64,000 nucleotides of DNA from Candidatus Shapirobacteria bacterium (GCA_041666965.1 JBAYFX010000002.1:8417-72416), one strand, 5' to 3'; counted from the first letter of the stretch, positions 28,747 to 38,650 are shown. The notes: generated by a model from the sequence alone, not told the origin. Made by a program: numbers and translations.

Positions 28747-29541
28747 TTAACGCCCTTGTAAACACTTAATCACATCCAGGCTGTTAACTACTCCGTTCCC
28801 ATCAAAATCCGTCCCATTGCTACATTCGGCTTTAACCGTTCCCGCCGGTGTTACTGTTATCGTTGTAAGAGGAATCACTGGCGTTGTTGCCGATACTGTT
28901 GTTGGTAATGCTGTTCCCGCTCGAGTTTTAAAGCAGGTAATAATGTCTATTGAGTTAGTAACTCCATCATGATTATAATCAACATCACTTTCACAACCCG
29001 CCTTAACTACCGGTGGGGTAACTGTCAGCATGTTTGTTGGCATAGGTTGAACTACTGGAGCTGTCGGTAATATTTCTTCTCGGTTCTCCCCTCCTCCTAT
29101 TGGTCTTTCTATCCCACTGCCAACTTTTGTGTTAAACGAAAAAGGAATTCCGGCGTTATCAAACACTTCCCACTCACTTTTCTTGGCTTCATCCTCCCCC
29201 GCTCGTATTCTAAAATAATAGTTTATATTCACTTTTAACGGGGTCAATACCACTGAATGAGATAGTGACCCGCTGGCTCCATCAATCTCACTTCTTAATA
29301 ACAAACTGGCTGGCGTCGTCCCATATTCCACGTATCCCCGGCTTTCTTTGGTTGTTTTCCAACTTATCGTCACACTTCTACCATCGGCCGTTACATTACT
29401 AGTTACCTCACTTGGTTGAAAATCAGCCGTTGCCCCAGACATATAAGTTTTTACAGTATCCATACCCAAAATTCCTAAAATCACCACCATTCCCATAATT
29501 ACCACCAGTATTACAGTCTTTATTTTAGAAGCTCCCCTCAT
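28747..29541 (-). CDS. Secreted protein with FN3-like domain and C-terminal dockerin-like repeat pair
   Basis: N-terminal signal anchor. FN3-like SVTISWKTTKESRGYVEYGTTPASL...YYFRIRAG. Dockerin-like segments DVDYNHDGVTNSIDIITCF and DFDGNGVVNSLDVIKCL. Confidence 0.55.
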   Translation of the reverse strand: MRGASKIKTVILVVIMGMVVILGILGMDTVKTYMSGATADFQPSEVTSNVTADGRSVTISWKTTKESRGYVEYGTTPASLLLRSEIDGASGSLSHSVVLTPLKVNINYYFRIRAGEDEAKKSEWEVFDNAGIPFSFNTKVGSGIERPIGGGENREEILPTAPVVQPMPTNMLTVTPPVVKAGCESDVDYNHDGVTNSIDIITCFKTRAGTALPTTVSATTPVIPLTTITVTPAGTVKAECSNGTDFDGNGVVNSLDVIKCLQGR

Positions 29542-29542
29542 T

Positions 29543-30220
29543 TTATTTAAGTCCGATTATATATTTCCCCAAGGTTAACACCGCCAGTCCTAAAACACTT
29601 AGTATGACTGTATTTTCTGCCCCTCCTGTTCTTGGTAATTCACTACTAGGTGTTGGTGTCGGCGTCGAGCTTGTAGTTGTTGTCGTCTCACCGCTTCCGG
29701 CTGTTATTTCATACGACCCGCTTTGATTAGCGGCGCAACTTACAATGTCTACTGCCTCACTACTAATGATGTTCGATTCCTTAACCGAGTCCGCCAAGCA
29801 ATTAAAATTTACCGCCGCAGTTCCGGTGGTCTTACCTTTAAAAGTAATCGTAAATAAATCCCCTTTAGCCGCCACCCCTGCCAAAGCACTGGGGTCACTT
29901 GGAGGTAAAGTTATCTCTATTTTTCCGGTATCGTTATGAATTAATGGAACAAAATTGTTACTGTCATACACGAAACCCGGGTTAGATATTGGCTCTACAG
30001 ACACCGCTTCTAATTTAGTCGCATTAAAATCAATTACTACATCAGCACTAATAATAGGCACTGAATCTGAGTCTACCCCCACCGTTACCTTAAAAGTGCC
30101 CCCCACAGGCGTGCTCCCAGTAGTTGGCGATAAAGTAAAATTAGCCACGGCCCCAACAGCCCCTACGCTGCCCGCGCCAATTAGCGCCATTAAAACTAAA
30201 ATATTTAATACTTTTTTCAT
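29543..30220 (-). CDS. Cohesin-like domain protein with LPxTG-type (LPRTG) cell-wall sorting signal
   Basis: Signal peptide. Cohesin-like block GGTFKVTVGVDSDSVPIISADVVIDFNATKLEAVSVEPIS...GKIEITL...GDLFTITFKGK. C-terminus ELPRTGG plus a hydrophobic segment and basic tail. Confidence 0.55.
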   Translation of the reverse strand: MKKVLNILVLMALIGAGSVGAVGAVANFTLSPTTGSTPVGGTFKVTVGVDSDSVPIISADVVIDFNATKLEAVSVEPISNPGFVYDSNNFVPLIHNDTGKIEITLPPSDPSALAGVAAKGDLFTITFKGKTTGTAAVNFNCLADSVKESNIISSEAVDIVSCAANQSGSYEITAGSGETTTTTSSTPTPTPSSELPRTGGAENTVILSVLGLAVLTLGKYIIGLK

Positions 30221-30852
30221 TACTTCAAAATGCTAACACTTAAGTCACCACTGTTAAAAGGTATCACCTTACTGGTTCCAGTTTCAACTAACATAGTTTC
30301 TGCCTCAGACTGGCCTTCACCCATAATTTTAAAACTAGTTTTACCACTTTCTAGTGGAGTAAAATAAATTCTTGCCAGTGCCACACTGCCCGCCGCTGTA
30401 AGTCGGTAACCGCTAGGTGAAGAAATTAGATAATTAACTAAAGCCACGTTTCCCTTTTTACTGATTTTGGCCACAATTGGCTTAGGCATCGAATTGTTAA
30501 TCTCAACTCTCTCCAGTGCCACTTTCTGGGTATCTACTTCAACATATACGCTTACCGCATCAAAACTCTTGCTCACAGTCGTACTCATCATCACATCCAC
30601 AAAACTCAATTGGTCTACAACTACACTAGCCTTTTCTGCCTCTAGTTTTATGGTTACATCCTCATTATTGGCAACTTTACTCACTTCTGGGACGTCTTTA
30701 TCGACCTCAATAATTTCAGGTTTATAACTTATTTGCCTTTGGGTTTTCTGACTCTCTAAACTATTTACCAAAACTACACTTTCTACCAAAACCAACACCG
30801 CAATAATTGGAATAATTATTTTTAGATATTTTTTGCTAATCATATTTGTCAT
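30220..30852 (-). CDS. Membrane-anchored cohesin-like domain protein
   Basis: N-terminal TM. FDAVSVYVEVDTQKVALERVEI...GSVALARIYFTPLESGKTSFKI follows the cohesin beta-sandwich pattern. Confidence 0.45.
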   Translation of the reverse strand: MTNMISKKYLKIIIPIIAVLVLVESVVLVNSLESQKTQRQISYKPEIIEVDKDVPEVSKVANNEDVTIKLEAEKASVVVDQLSFVDVMMSTTVSKSFDAVSVYVEVDTQKVALERVEINNSMPKPIVAKISKKGNVALVNYLISSPSGYRLTAAGSVALARIYFTPLESGKTSFKIMGEGQSEAETMLVETGTSKVIPFNSGDLSVSILK

Positions 30853-30858
30853 TACTTT

Positions 30859-32580
30859 TTAATATTGTTGGTCTTGCCTCTCTTTTAATGTTTGAGCTAG
30901 CAAACTTAAGTCAGCCGACGACATTTGACAATCCCCGTCCATATCGGTTACCAGGGCATTACTGTCCTTTGGTACCGAACTCCTGGCTAAAGCCGCCGTC
31001 TTAACCACCGAATAATCAAGTCCATTACAAACACCGTCCGGACCCGATGAGTTCTTACCCACTACGTCGCAAGCCATATCCGGGTATGCGGTAAAGTCAT
31101 AAACCTGACTGGTTGTTGCCACAGTAGTTAAGCTAATTTCTCCCCCGGGTAAATTATAAAAGCTGTCCTGTTTATCCTTGGCGTACTTAACTTGTAAATG
31201 TCTTGGTCCTTTAATAAACACCGACAAACCGCTTGAACCGGTAAAGTCAGTCAAAGCCAACGAGCCTTTGTACACCCGTAGGTTACCGGCTACCAAACCG
31301 TCCGGAGTCGGAGTATGGTTATAAGTTTTCACCAAATCCCCCTTTCGAACCGTAATTACCACCGGCCAATTGGACGCACATTCATTATTGTTTTTTACAC
31401 CGGCGTAAGTAATCCGATAATTAAGTATTGGTGCGGCGGTTGTCTCAACTACGCATGATGTTCCCCCGGCCTCACACTCAGCCACGCTTAAATATTGGCC
31501 ACCGCTACTTTGACTACAAATATATTTACCAGTAGCTGTATTACATGTTTCTCGGTTGTATTTGGCTACAGCCACCTCACAGCCCGCATCCGCCTCACAA
31601 CCTTCCTTCGTGTTAAATGTCCCGTCAGCTACCTGAATACAAGTCCAAGCACCTGTGGCTGTGTTACATGAAGCCGCAGTTGTCCCGTGACCCCACTTGT
31701 TTATCTTCACACAGTTAGCATCGGCTGTTACACACTCCGCCTCAGTCGCAAAGTCAGCTCCACTGGCTACCAAATTACATGTATATTCTCCGACCTGAGT
31801 ATTACATCCGGTTCTGACATATCCTCCAACTTCAGACTCACAACCTTGGGTATTTTGACATTCCGCCTCAGTCGCAAATTCACCGTTGGCACTTTGCTCA
31901 CAAAACCATTTCCCAGTAGTTGTGTTACATCCTTCTGTCTTACTCCATTTGGTCACTCCTTGACTAAATGTCATTTCCACTCCGTTTACTACCCCGATTT
32001 CCAAATACAAATCAGTACTTCCTTCCACTGGGTTAAACCCTGTCACTTTCGACATATCCTTTACAATTTCAATATTTTCATTACCGCTGGCCAAGGCAGT
32101 AAACTCCACCACTCCCACCAACACCGTCCCCTCTCCCAATTGGGCTTTTGGTTTCTCGGATTTTATCTCAATATTGGCACATGTTTTACCCGCTTGTGCT
32201 CCCGCACCCTCTTCCAGTTGAGATACCATAATCATATTGAATTTGTCCCCTACCCGTACTTGCTCTGAAATATCTCCGGTTTCACTGGCCTCAATTGTCA
32301 CTTTGTTTCCAAAGCACATATATGTCTTAACATAATCCACCTTGGCCTTTTCCCCTTCCGCTCCCATGGCCTTAGTATCTACATATATTTGTATCGAAAA
32401 CTTATCACCAACACTTTTAGTAGTTGCTGAAGATACCAGTAACATATCCGTACCGGCAAAGGCAGCACTGCGTCTGTTGTCCTGGTTCCTGTTTACTAAA
32501 ACTAACGCAGCTACTAAGGCTATTGATAATAAAATCAATACCAAATAAGAGGTTGGGTTGGTTGTCGTTTTTTTTCTCAT
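30859..32580 (-). CDS. Secreted modular protein with an N-terminal cohesin-like domain, four Cys-rich 36-aa repeats and dockerin-like C-terminus
   Basis: TM anchor. Cohesin-like KFSIQIYVDTKAMGAEGEKAKVDY...GTVLVGVVEFTALASG. Four repeats of GCNTxxGxxxC...FxTxxEC...C. C-terminal DMDGDCQMSSADLSLLAQTL. Confidence 0.5.
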   Translation of the reverse strand: MRKKTTTNPTSYLVLILLSIALVAALVLVNRNQDNRRSAAFAGTDMLLVSSATTKSVGDKFSIQIYVDTKAMGAEGEKAKVDYVKTYMCFGNKVTIEASETGDISEQVRVGDKFNMIMVSQLEEGAGAQAGKTCANIEIKSEKPKAQLGEGTVLVGVVEFTALASGNENIEIVKDMSKVTGFNPVEGSTDLYLEIGVVNGVEMTFSQGVTKWSKTEGCNTTTGKWFCEQSANGEFATEAECQNTQGCESEVGGYVRTGCNTQVGEYTCNLVASGADFATEAECVTADANCVKINKWGHGTTAASCNTATGAWTCIQVADGTFNTKEGCEADAGCEVAVAKYNRETCNTATGKYICSQSSGGQYLSVAECEAGGTSCVVETTAAPILNYRITYAGVKNNNECASNWPVVITVRKGDLVKTYNHTPTPDGLVAGNLRVYKGSLALTDFTGSSGLSVFIKGPRHLQVKYAKDKQDSFYNLPGGEISLTTVATTSQVYDFTAYPDMACDVVGKNSSGPDGVCNGLDYSVVKTAALARSSVPKDSNALVTDMDGDCQMSSADLSLLAQTLKERQDQQY

Positions 32581-32584
32581 TTTA

Positions 32585-35500
32585 TTATTTGAAATCTAAA
32601 TAGAACCTTCTCCAATTTGAATAATCGGCCTGGTCTACTAAGTTATTACAGTCAAAGTCAGATTCCCACCGACTCCCAGTTTTAATCTTGTCCAAGTATT
32701 CTTTGCGCCAAATGGAATAATCGGCTTGGTCGGTAACTCCGTTACAATCAGCATCAGCCTTCGCCTTACCTTTAAAGGTCGGTTTTACTACTTGTCTGGT
32801 AGTACAAGCGCTGTCCGGTACTACTTTTTGAACTCCATCTTCAGTGTAATCATGTACATATCCCGTTTGCTCATATCCCAAAACAAACCATTTATAGTTT
32901 TCTCCGTTTTTGTAGCACCTAAACACGCTTGGGCAGTCGTAACATGCCGCCGCCGTCACTGTCAGGCTAGCCGCATCACTGGTTAAATTGTTACAGTTGC
33001 TGGCAGTTGACTGGCATTTAATAGTCACCACTCCTGTTTTTATTGGAACCCAGTCTGTCTTTTTATTAGTATTAAATTCTTCTTTGGTTCCATCAGAGTA
33101 TGTAGCTATTAGTTTGACGCTACTAGCTAATTGGCCACTGGTATTATACATACAACCAATGTTAACTGTTTCCCCATTAACTACTGTCATACTCGTCTTC
33201 CATGGGTCACTATCGTTTGCCTGAACTCGGCTCTGTAAGGAGCTGTAACTACAGTTGTTTCCTGGAGGATTAGTCGGTCCGCCACCCGGAGGACTTGTTG
33301 GGTTTTGAGTCGGAATTGTGGTTGGAATACTAGTTGGTATTGTGGTAGGTACGGTCGAAGGTCGGTTTGTTGGAACAATTGTATTAGTTGGGGTTGGAGT
33401 CACCAAATTTGGGTTATCTATACAACAAATCCCTGACTGTAATACTATTCCGGTCCCGTAAGTCGCACAGCTCTCTCTTGGAGTATTCTCCATCTTTCGA
33501 GCCGGACAAACAGTGCTTAAAGTACAGGTACCTTCACTACATGCTTTCGCTGTTGGTTGATCCGGAGCGCAACATATGCCGTCTACTAAAAATGATCCCT
33601 GACTGGCGTAAGTAGTACAACTTCCGGTATTTTTAAATCCATTCCCACAGCTCACTGCTCCGGTTCCATCTCCGTAAATACACCGGCTGCTGCTATCACT
33701 ACACCCTCTTGGCATCCCCGTTGTCGGGGTTACGGTAGTTCCTGGCTTTTTACAGTTGTTACTACATTGATTTACATCAGTGTACCGACCGGTTCCAGTC
33801 TCTTTACAAGTCCAGGTAGCATCATCGCACTCATAGTATTTTTTGGACACATCCTGATCACATTGACCATCACAGTACGCTTTATCAGTATAGGTTCCGC
33901 TACTGTTATTCGCTTCACAGTTCCCTGTCAGCTTGTTACAGGCGTACTTATTCGACACACATTCACTCCAATCTCCACAACTTGGTTTTGAAGCTATACC
34001 TAGAGTTTGACAAACTTTATATCCAGTCTGACCGGCAACTCCGATACTACACGACATTTCAGTCCCAACTGTACACGGACACACTTGGCCTGTAGGTGTA
34101 GGCACCACCCCTTGTGTCGGAGTGGGAGTCGGTTCTGCTAGAACCGGTTTACACATACATTTGTTGTATCCGTTTTCAATTTCAAACACTTGACAGGAAT
34201 TACCTTGAGCACATGGTCCCTGAGCTCCAATTGGTTGATTTGAGCAAGCTATATAAGATCCGTACCACATAGAAGCACAATTACCTTCCACTGGTACATC
34301 TGGCATTGAACCGCAATAACTTCGCTCAACTGTCTCTCCGTCTACCCGGGTATTATAAGACCCGTTACAACAATTATTACAGTTAGGTGACCCTCCGGTT
34401 CCATAACACCTCGTTCCATCTGCCATACAATTCGGATCAACGGTTGGCGTTGCTACCCCGCACCTATACTGATTGTCTATCATCGATGCCGGTTGGCAAC
34501 AATTTGCACAACTAGTGGCTCCGCTTCCACCATTTACACACCCTATTCCGGAACCCAAACAAGCCGCAGTTGTTGGTGTTGTAGCCACTACCCCGCACCT
34601 ATACTGATTGTCTATCATCGATGCCGGTTGGCAACAATTTCCACATCCAGTTGCCCCGCTACCACCGTTTACACATCCAATTCCAGATCCAAGACAAGCT
34701 GCAGTTGTTGGTGTTGGAGTAACACACAATCCATTTGAAGAATTACATCCCAAATTTCCACAACTTGTTTTCAATGTCCATTGGAATAATGCTCCAATTT
34801 GCATACACTGATAAGAATTTCCACTAACGCACTTTGTTTGATAAGTTTGAGTTTGCAAACAACCAGAACCTGGTGAAATCGCATTGGTTGGTGTTGCTGT
34901 TGGCGGAACCGGGGTTGGGGTTGGAGCTACACACACAGAACCATAAGCCGGGCATACTAATCCGCTACCACATGAGTGAAACACCCATTTTCCATCCTGA
35001 CACTGATTAAATCCGTCGTGCGTATTGGCACATTCAGTAGTGTTATTTGGTTTAGTGCCACATGGTTGTGGATAATGGGTAACCCAACACTTCAAACCAA
35101 CAGCACATGTTGCTGTTTTATCTTCAATAATTTCAGGTAAAGACGGGGCTGATGCTGAGCATACTCCCGTACATGTCGCACACGAAGTTGTGCTAGCACA
35201 CGAATTGGAAGGACAATTTGTAGTAGTCCAACCAGAAGCATCAAATTTACATGTACTAAGTACACCGTTGGCGCAGGTTATTTTATTAGGTGTACATTTC
35301 CAATTCTGAGTTGGTCCGGCGTTCATACATTGGCTAATACAACCGGTATATTCCAATCCTTCTAAACCAATACACACACTAGTACAATCTGGAGTTGGTG
35401 TCGCTTTTGGAGTTGAGGTAGCTGCCGGTCTGGTTGGTACCGGAGTGTTTGTCGGAGGAGCACATAAAGCATTATTATCTTTAGCGTCATCATGGTGCCA

Positions 35501-36088
35501 ACAGCCGTCATTTCCACAGTGTTCTTGAGTTGTACCATTACATCGTTTGTTATCGTCATTTATAGGTGAGCAACCCGTACAGGTTGGTCCTGTCCCGCCC
35601 CCACATACTCCCCCACTACACAACTTTCCATCCGCACACATTTCATTACTGGTACATCCCCCACCCGCTTTTACCTTACAAGACCCATTCTGCCACACTT
35701 CCCATGATTGGCACTGTGGTGTCGCTGTTGGTTGGGGTTTACTTGTCGGTTGAGGTCCGCTTGTTGGAGCCGCACAGCCGTTGGTACAACCCGCCGAATC
35801 ATGGCTACAACTACCTGAGGTAAAAGTTTCGCCGGTACCACTCGAGTTACATGTAGCTGTCACTTCCTTAGCCTTTCCGCAGCCGCAACACTCTCCAAAA
35901 GTTCTTTTAGCTCCAGGCGTACAAGTAGCCGCTCGGTTTTGGGTGTTTTGATTCTGTTGAACTAACTTGGTTGCTGCCGGAAGCGCTATGGCCATCAAAA
36001 GCAATCCCACCATTAATGGTATTTGGGCCAACCCCGCTTGATTAAACCAATTACCTTTACTTTTTGAATTGCGACAGTAATCTTTCAT
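32585..36088 (-). CDS. Giant (1167 aa) secreted Cys-rich multi-module surface protein with PT linkers and dockerin-like C-terminus
   Basis: N-terminal signal anchor. Dozens of Cys in knottin/EGF-like spacing, PT-rich linkers, and two identical-order 45-aa repeats. C-terminal repeat pair DADCNGVTDQADYSIWRKEYL / DFDCNNLVDQADYSNWRRFYL is dockerin-like. Confidence 0.55.
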   Translation of the reverse strand: MKDYCRNSKSKGNWFNQAGLAQIPLMVGLLLMAIALPAATKLVQQNQNTQNRAATCTPGAKRTFGECCGCGKAKEVTATCNSSGTGETFTSGSCSHDSAGCTNGCAAPTSGPQPTSKPQPTATPQCQSWEVWQNGSCKVKAGGGCTSNEMCADGKLCSGGVCGGGTGPTCTGCSPINDDNKRCNGTTQEHCGNDGCWHHDDAKDNNALCAPPTNTPVPTRPAATSTPKATPTPDCTSVCIGLEGLEYTGCISQCMNAGPTQNWKCTPNKITCANGVLSTCKFDASGWTTTNCPSNSCASTTSCATCTGVCSASAPSLPEIIEDKTATCAVGLKCWVTHYPQPCGTKPNNTTECANTHDGFNQCQDGKWVFHSCGSGLVCPAYGSVCVAPTPTPVPPTATPTNAISPGSGCLQTQTYQTKCVSGNSYQCMQIGALFQWTLKTSCGNLGCNSSNGLCVTPTPTTAACLGSGIGCVNGGSGATGCGNCCQPASMIDNQYRCGVVATTPTTAACLGSGIGCVNGGSGATSCANCCQPASMIDNQYRCGVATPTVDPNCMADGTRCYGTGGSPNCNNCCNGSYNTRVDGETVERSYCGSMPDVPVEGNCASMWYGSYIACSNQPIGAQGPCAQGNSCQVFEIENGYNKCMCKPVLAEPTPTPTQGVVPTPTGQVCPCTVGTEMSCSIGVAGQTGYKVCQTLGIASKPSCGDWSECVSNKYACNKLTGNCEANNSSGTYTDKAYCDGQCDQDVSKKYYECDDATWTCKETGTGRYTDVNQCSNNCKKPGTTVTPTTGMPRGCSDSSSRCIYGDGTGAVSCGNGFKNTGSCTTYASQGSFLVDGICCAPDQPTAKACSEGTCTLSTVCPARKMENTPRESCATYGTGIVLQSGICCIDNPNLVTPTPTNTIVPTNRPSTVPTTIPTSIPTTIPTQNPTSPPGGGPTNPPGNNCSYSSLQSRVQANDSDPWKTSMTVVNGETVNIGCMYNTSGQLASSVKLIATYSDGTKEEFNTNKKTDWVPIKTGVVTIKCQSTASNCNNLTSDAASLTVTAAACYDCPSVFRCYKNGENYKWFVLGYEQTGYVHDYTEDGVQKVVPDSACTTRQVVKPTFKGKAKADADCNGVTDQADYSIWRKEYLDKIKTGSRWESDFDCNNLVDQADYSNWRRFYLDFK
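34440..34710. repeat. Tandem 135-bp coding repeat (2 copies, first ~55 bp identical) inside the giant adhesin gene
   Basis: The string taccccgcacctatactgattgtctatcatcgatgccggttggcaacaattt occurs at 34454 and again at 34589. It encodes TTPTTAACLGSGIGCVNGGSGAT.C.NCCQPASMIDNQYRCGV twice. Confidence 0.8.
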
Positions 36089-36183
36089 AATTATGATGAT
36101 TCAGTAAACCATTTCCCCCATACCCCGTCAATAACCTAAATATCCCAACGTCAATTTGTAATAACTTTTGCTACTATCTATAT

Positions 36184-37569
36184 ATGTCCGCATCCCGTAA
36201 CCGCCAGCTCGTTAAAACTGCGCTATTGCTAGCCGCCCTGCCCCTCACTGTCTTGGGGGTTAAAAAAATTATTGATATCCGTAAAAGCGCTGCCGGCACT
36301 CCCGCCAACATCAGTATTGAAGTCGACTCTTACACCGGCTCCCTTCCGACCCAACTCTGGCAAAATTTAGCCCAAGGTGGGGAAGAACCCGCCGACATGA
36401 TCGGCCCCGTCTGGCCTTTAGTCCGCGCTCTTAAACCCCAACTAATCCGTGTCGATCACCTTTTTGACTATTACAATGTCTATCAAGGACCCGACAATTT
36501 TGATTTTTCCCGCCTCGATAAAGTTGTCCAAAGTATCGTCTTAACTGGCGCCACTCCCCTTCTCTCTCTTTCCTACACTCCCTCATCCATGGCCAAAAAC
36601 AATCAGAATGCCGGCGAGCCTCAAGATTGGAACCAATGGTATCAAATGGTCAAAGCCACCGCCGATCGCTACTCCCACCAAAAAAACATAACTGGCATAT
36701 ATTACGAAGTTTGGAACGAACCCGACCTTTTTGGCGGCTGGCATTATTCCAAATCCCCTTCCTACAGTTTGCTCTATTCTCATACTGCCCGGGCAGTTAG
36801 AGATGGCGCCCAAGGTTCAAGCTTTAAAATCGGTGGTCCGGCCATAACTGCTTTTTACCCCAACTGGATTCGATCCCTTTTGGCCACTGCAAGTTCTCAA
36901 CGCCTGCCTCTCGATTTTATTTCTTGGCATCATTATTCCAAAGACCTCAGTGACTTTGAACAGGATATTGAAAAACTTGAGTCAATTCTAGTTGATTATC
37001 CTCAATACATTAACATTGAGCGATTAATTACCGAGGTAGGCCCAAATTCCGAGCCTGATCCTGACTATGACAATTTAGAGTCCGGAGTCCATTTTATTTC
37101 CCTAGTTACTCGTCTTATAGGCCGAGTTCACCGACTCTTTCCTTTTGAAATTGTTGACGGGCCAACAACTCGCTCCAATGTTTCCACCGGTTGGGGCATG
37201 ATCACCCATCCCCCAACTCCTCGCACCAAACCCCGCTATAACGCCATCCAGTTCCTAAACCGCCTCGTTGGTCAAAGGCTAACCGTAGCCGGTCAAGGTT
37301 CCTGGGTTACAGCCTTAGCTACCCGCCAGGGTTCAAGAATTCAAGTGCTTTTATCCAATTATGATTCCCGTTCCCAACATGTCGAAACTTTTCCTCTGGC
37401 TCTGGCTGGTGTCCAACCCGGTACTTGGAAAGTCGAATCATATACTTATCCCCGCTCCGGCATTGAACCGCGAGTAACAAGGGTTGAAGTCACCAGTTTC
37501 CGCTTCCAAAAAGAATACTATCTAGAGCCTAACACTAGTCTCCTTCTGGAATTCACGCCTCAGCCTTAA
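36184..37569 (+). CDS. Secreted glycoside hydrolase, clan GH-A (GH39/GH30-like)
   Basis: Signal peptide. Acid/base block IYYEVWNEPDLF and nucleophile block LITEVGPNSE in a (beta/alpha)8-type order. Transcribed divergently from the cohesin-dockerin operon. Confidence 0.6.
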   Translation: MSASRNRQLVKTALLLAALPLTVLGVKKIIDIRKSAAGTPANISIEVDSYTGSLPTQLWQNLAQGGEEPADMIGPVWPLVRALKPQLIRVDHLFDYYNVYQGPDNFDFSRLDKVVQSIVLTGATPLLSLSYTPSSMAKNNQNAGEPQDWNQWYQMVKATADRYSHQKNITGIYYEVWNEPDLFGGWHYSKSPSYSLLYSHTARAVRDGAQGSSFKIGGPAITAFYPNWIRSLLATASSQRLPLDFISWHHYSKDLSDFEQDIEKLESILVDYPQYINIERLITEVGPNSEPDPDYDNLESGVHFISLVTRLIGRVHRLFPFEIVDGPTTRSNVSTGWGMITHPPTPRTKPRYNAIQFLNRLVGQRLTVAGQGSWVTALATRQGSRIQVLLSNYDSRSQHVETFPLALAGVQPGTWKVESYTYPRSGIEPRVTRVEVTSFRFQKEYYLEPNTSLLLEFTPQP

Positions 37570-38636
37570 CTTCCGATTATCAGTCTTTTTACGTCCACCA
37601 AAGTAATTAAAAGTATTAGTCCCAACAACACCGCCATTCCCGCTCCATTTACCGCATTTTCAAACTTCTCGCTTGGTCTTTTCCGGGTTATGGCTTCGTA
37701 AATCACAAACAAAATTCTACCGCCGTCTAGTGCCGGAAAAGGCAAAATATTTACTACCGCCAAGTTAACTGACACAATTCCAAAAAAGTGGATCACTGCC
37801 AATATTCCTTGGTTTTGTCGGATACTTGTCGTTGCCTGAAACATTCCAATCGGTCCAGCTACATCCGAGGGAACCTTGCCCATTGCCAATCCCGCCACCA
37901 TTTTAAATACACCACCAGCTATCACCTTTCCCCAGTAGTAACCCTCTTTAAATCCGGCGCCAATTCCCTCATAAAACCTCCACCACGGTAATTTCACCAT
38001 TTCAATATTAGATACCGCTACCCCCATTGCTCCCTGCCCTTCCGGCGGGTTGGCCCGAACCTCAACTCTGACTGTTTTAACATCATTTGTACCCTTTGAT
38101 ATCACCCCCAGCTCCACTTCTCCTCCTTTATATTTACCCACCTCAGCTGTTAATTCCGAAGATGTTTTAATTAGTTTAGTTCCCACAAATTTAACCACAT
38201 CCCCCTCTTTTAATCCCGCCTCTTTGGCCGGTGACTTATCCACTATGGCAATTACCTTAACCACCTCTGTTTCTTTAGGAACTCCTGTTATAGCATAAAC
38301 CGCACTAAATATTACAACCGCCAATACCAGATTCATTAATACTCCTCCCACCACAATTAACGCTTTTTGGGCCGGGTTTTTGTGGGCAAACGAATATTGC
38401 TTTTCTTTTTGTTTAGTTTCCTGGGTATCTTCCCCATAAAGTTTACAAAATCCCCCAATTGGCAACCAGTTTAAGGACCACACGGTATCACCAATTTTCT
38501 TCCCCCACATTCGGGGTGGTAAACCCAAACCAAATTCCTCCACTCTCACTCCGGTCTTTTTGGCAGCCAAAAAATGCCCCAATTCGTGAACCATAACCAA
38601 AATTGACAAAGCGATTAAAAAAATTACTACATCCAT
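37566..38636 (-). CDS. rseP: RseP-type site-2 protease (peptidase M50 with PDZ)
   Basis: HELGHFLAAKKTGV (HExxH), a PDZ insert, and a C-terminal LDGGRILF motif. Confidence 0.85.
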   Translation of the reverse strand: MDVVIFLIALSILVMVHELGHFLAAKKTGVRVEEFGLGLPPRMWGKKIGDTVWSLNWLPIGGFCKLYGEDTQETKQKEKQYSFAHKNPAQKALIVVGGVLMNLVLAVVIFSAVYAITGVPKETEVVKVIAIVDKSPAKEAGLKEGDVVKFVGTKLIKTSSELTAEVGKYKGGEVELGVISKGTNDVKTVRVEVRANPPEGQGAMGVAVSNIEMVKLPWWRFYEGIGAGFKEGYYWGKVIAGGVFKMVAGLAMGKVPSDVAGPIGMFQATTSIRQNQGILAVIHFFGIVSVNLAVVNILPFPALDGGRILFVIYEAITRKRPSEKFENAVNGAGMAVLLGLILLITLVDVKRLIIGS

Positions 38637-38650
38637 GAGAATATTATACT

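Noticed and set aside
34440-34710. Possible CRISPR-like array
   Set aside because: There are only two units, they are in-frame coding within a long ORF, and no spacer-repeat alternation or cas genes are present.
32726-35823. Multiple short plus-strand ORFs inside the giant adhesin gene
   Set aside because: They are antisense to a 3.5-kb uninterrupted ORF with consistent modular architecture.
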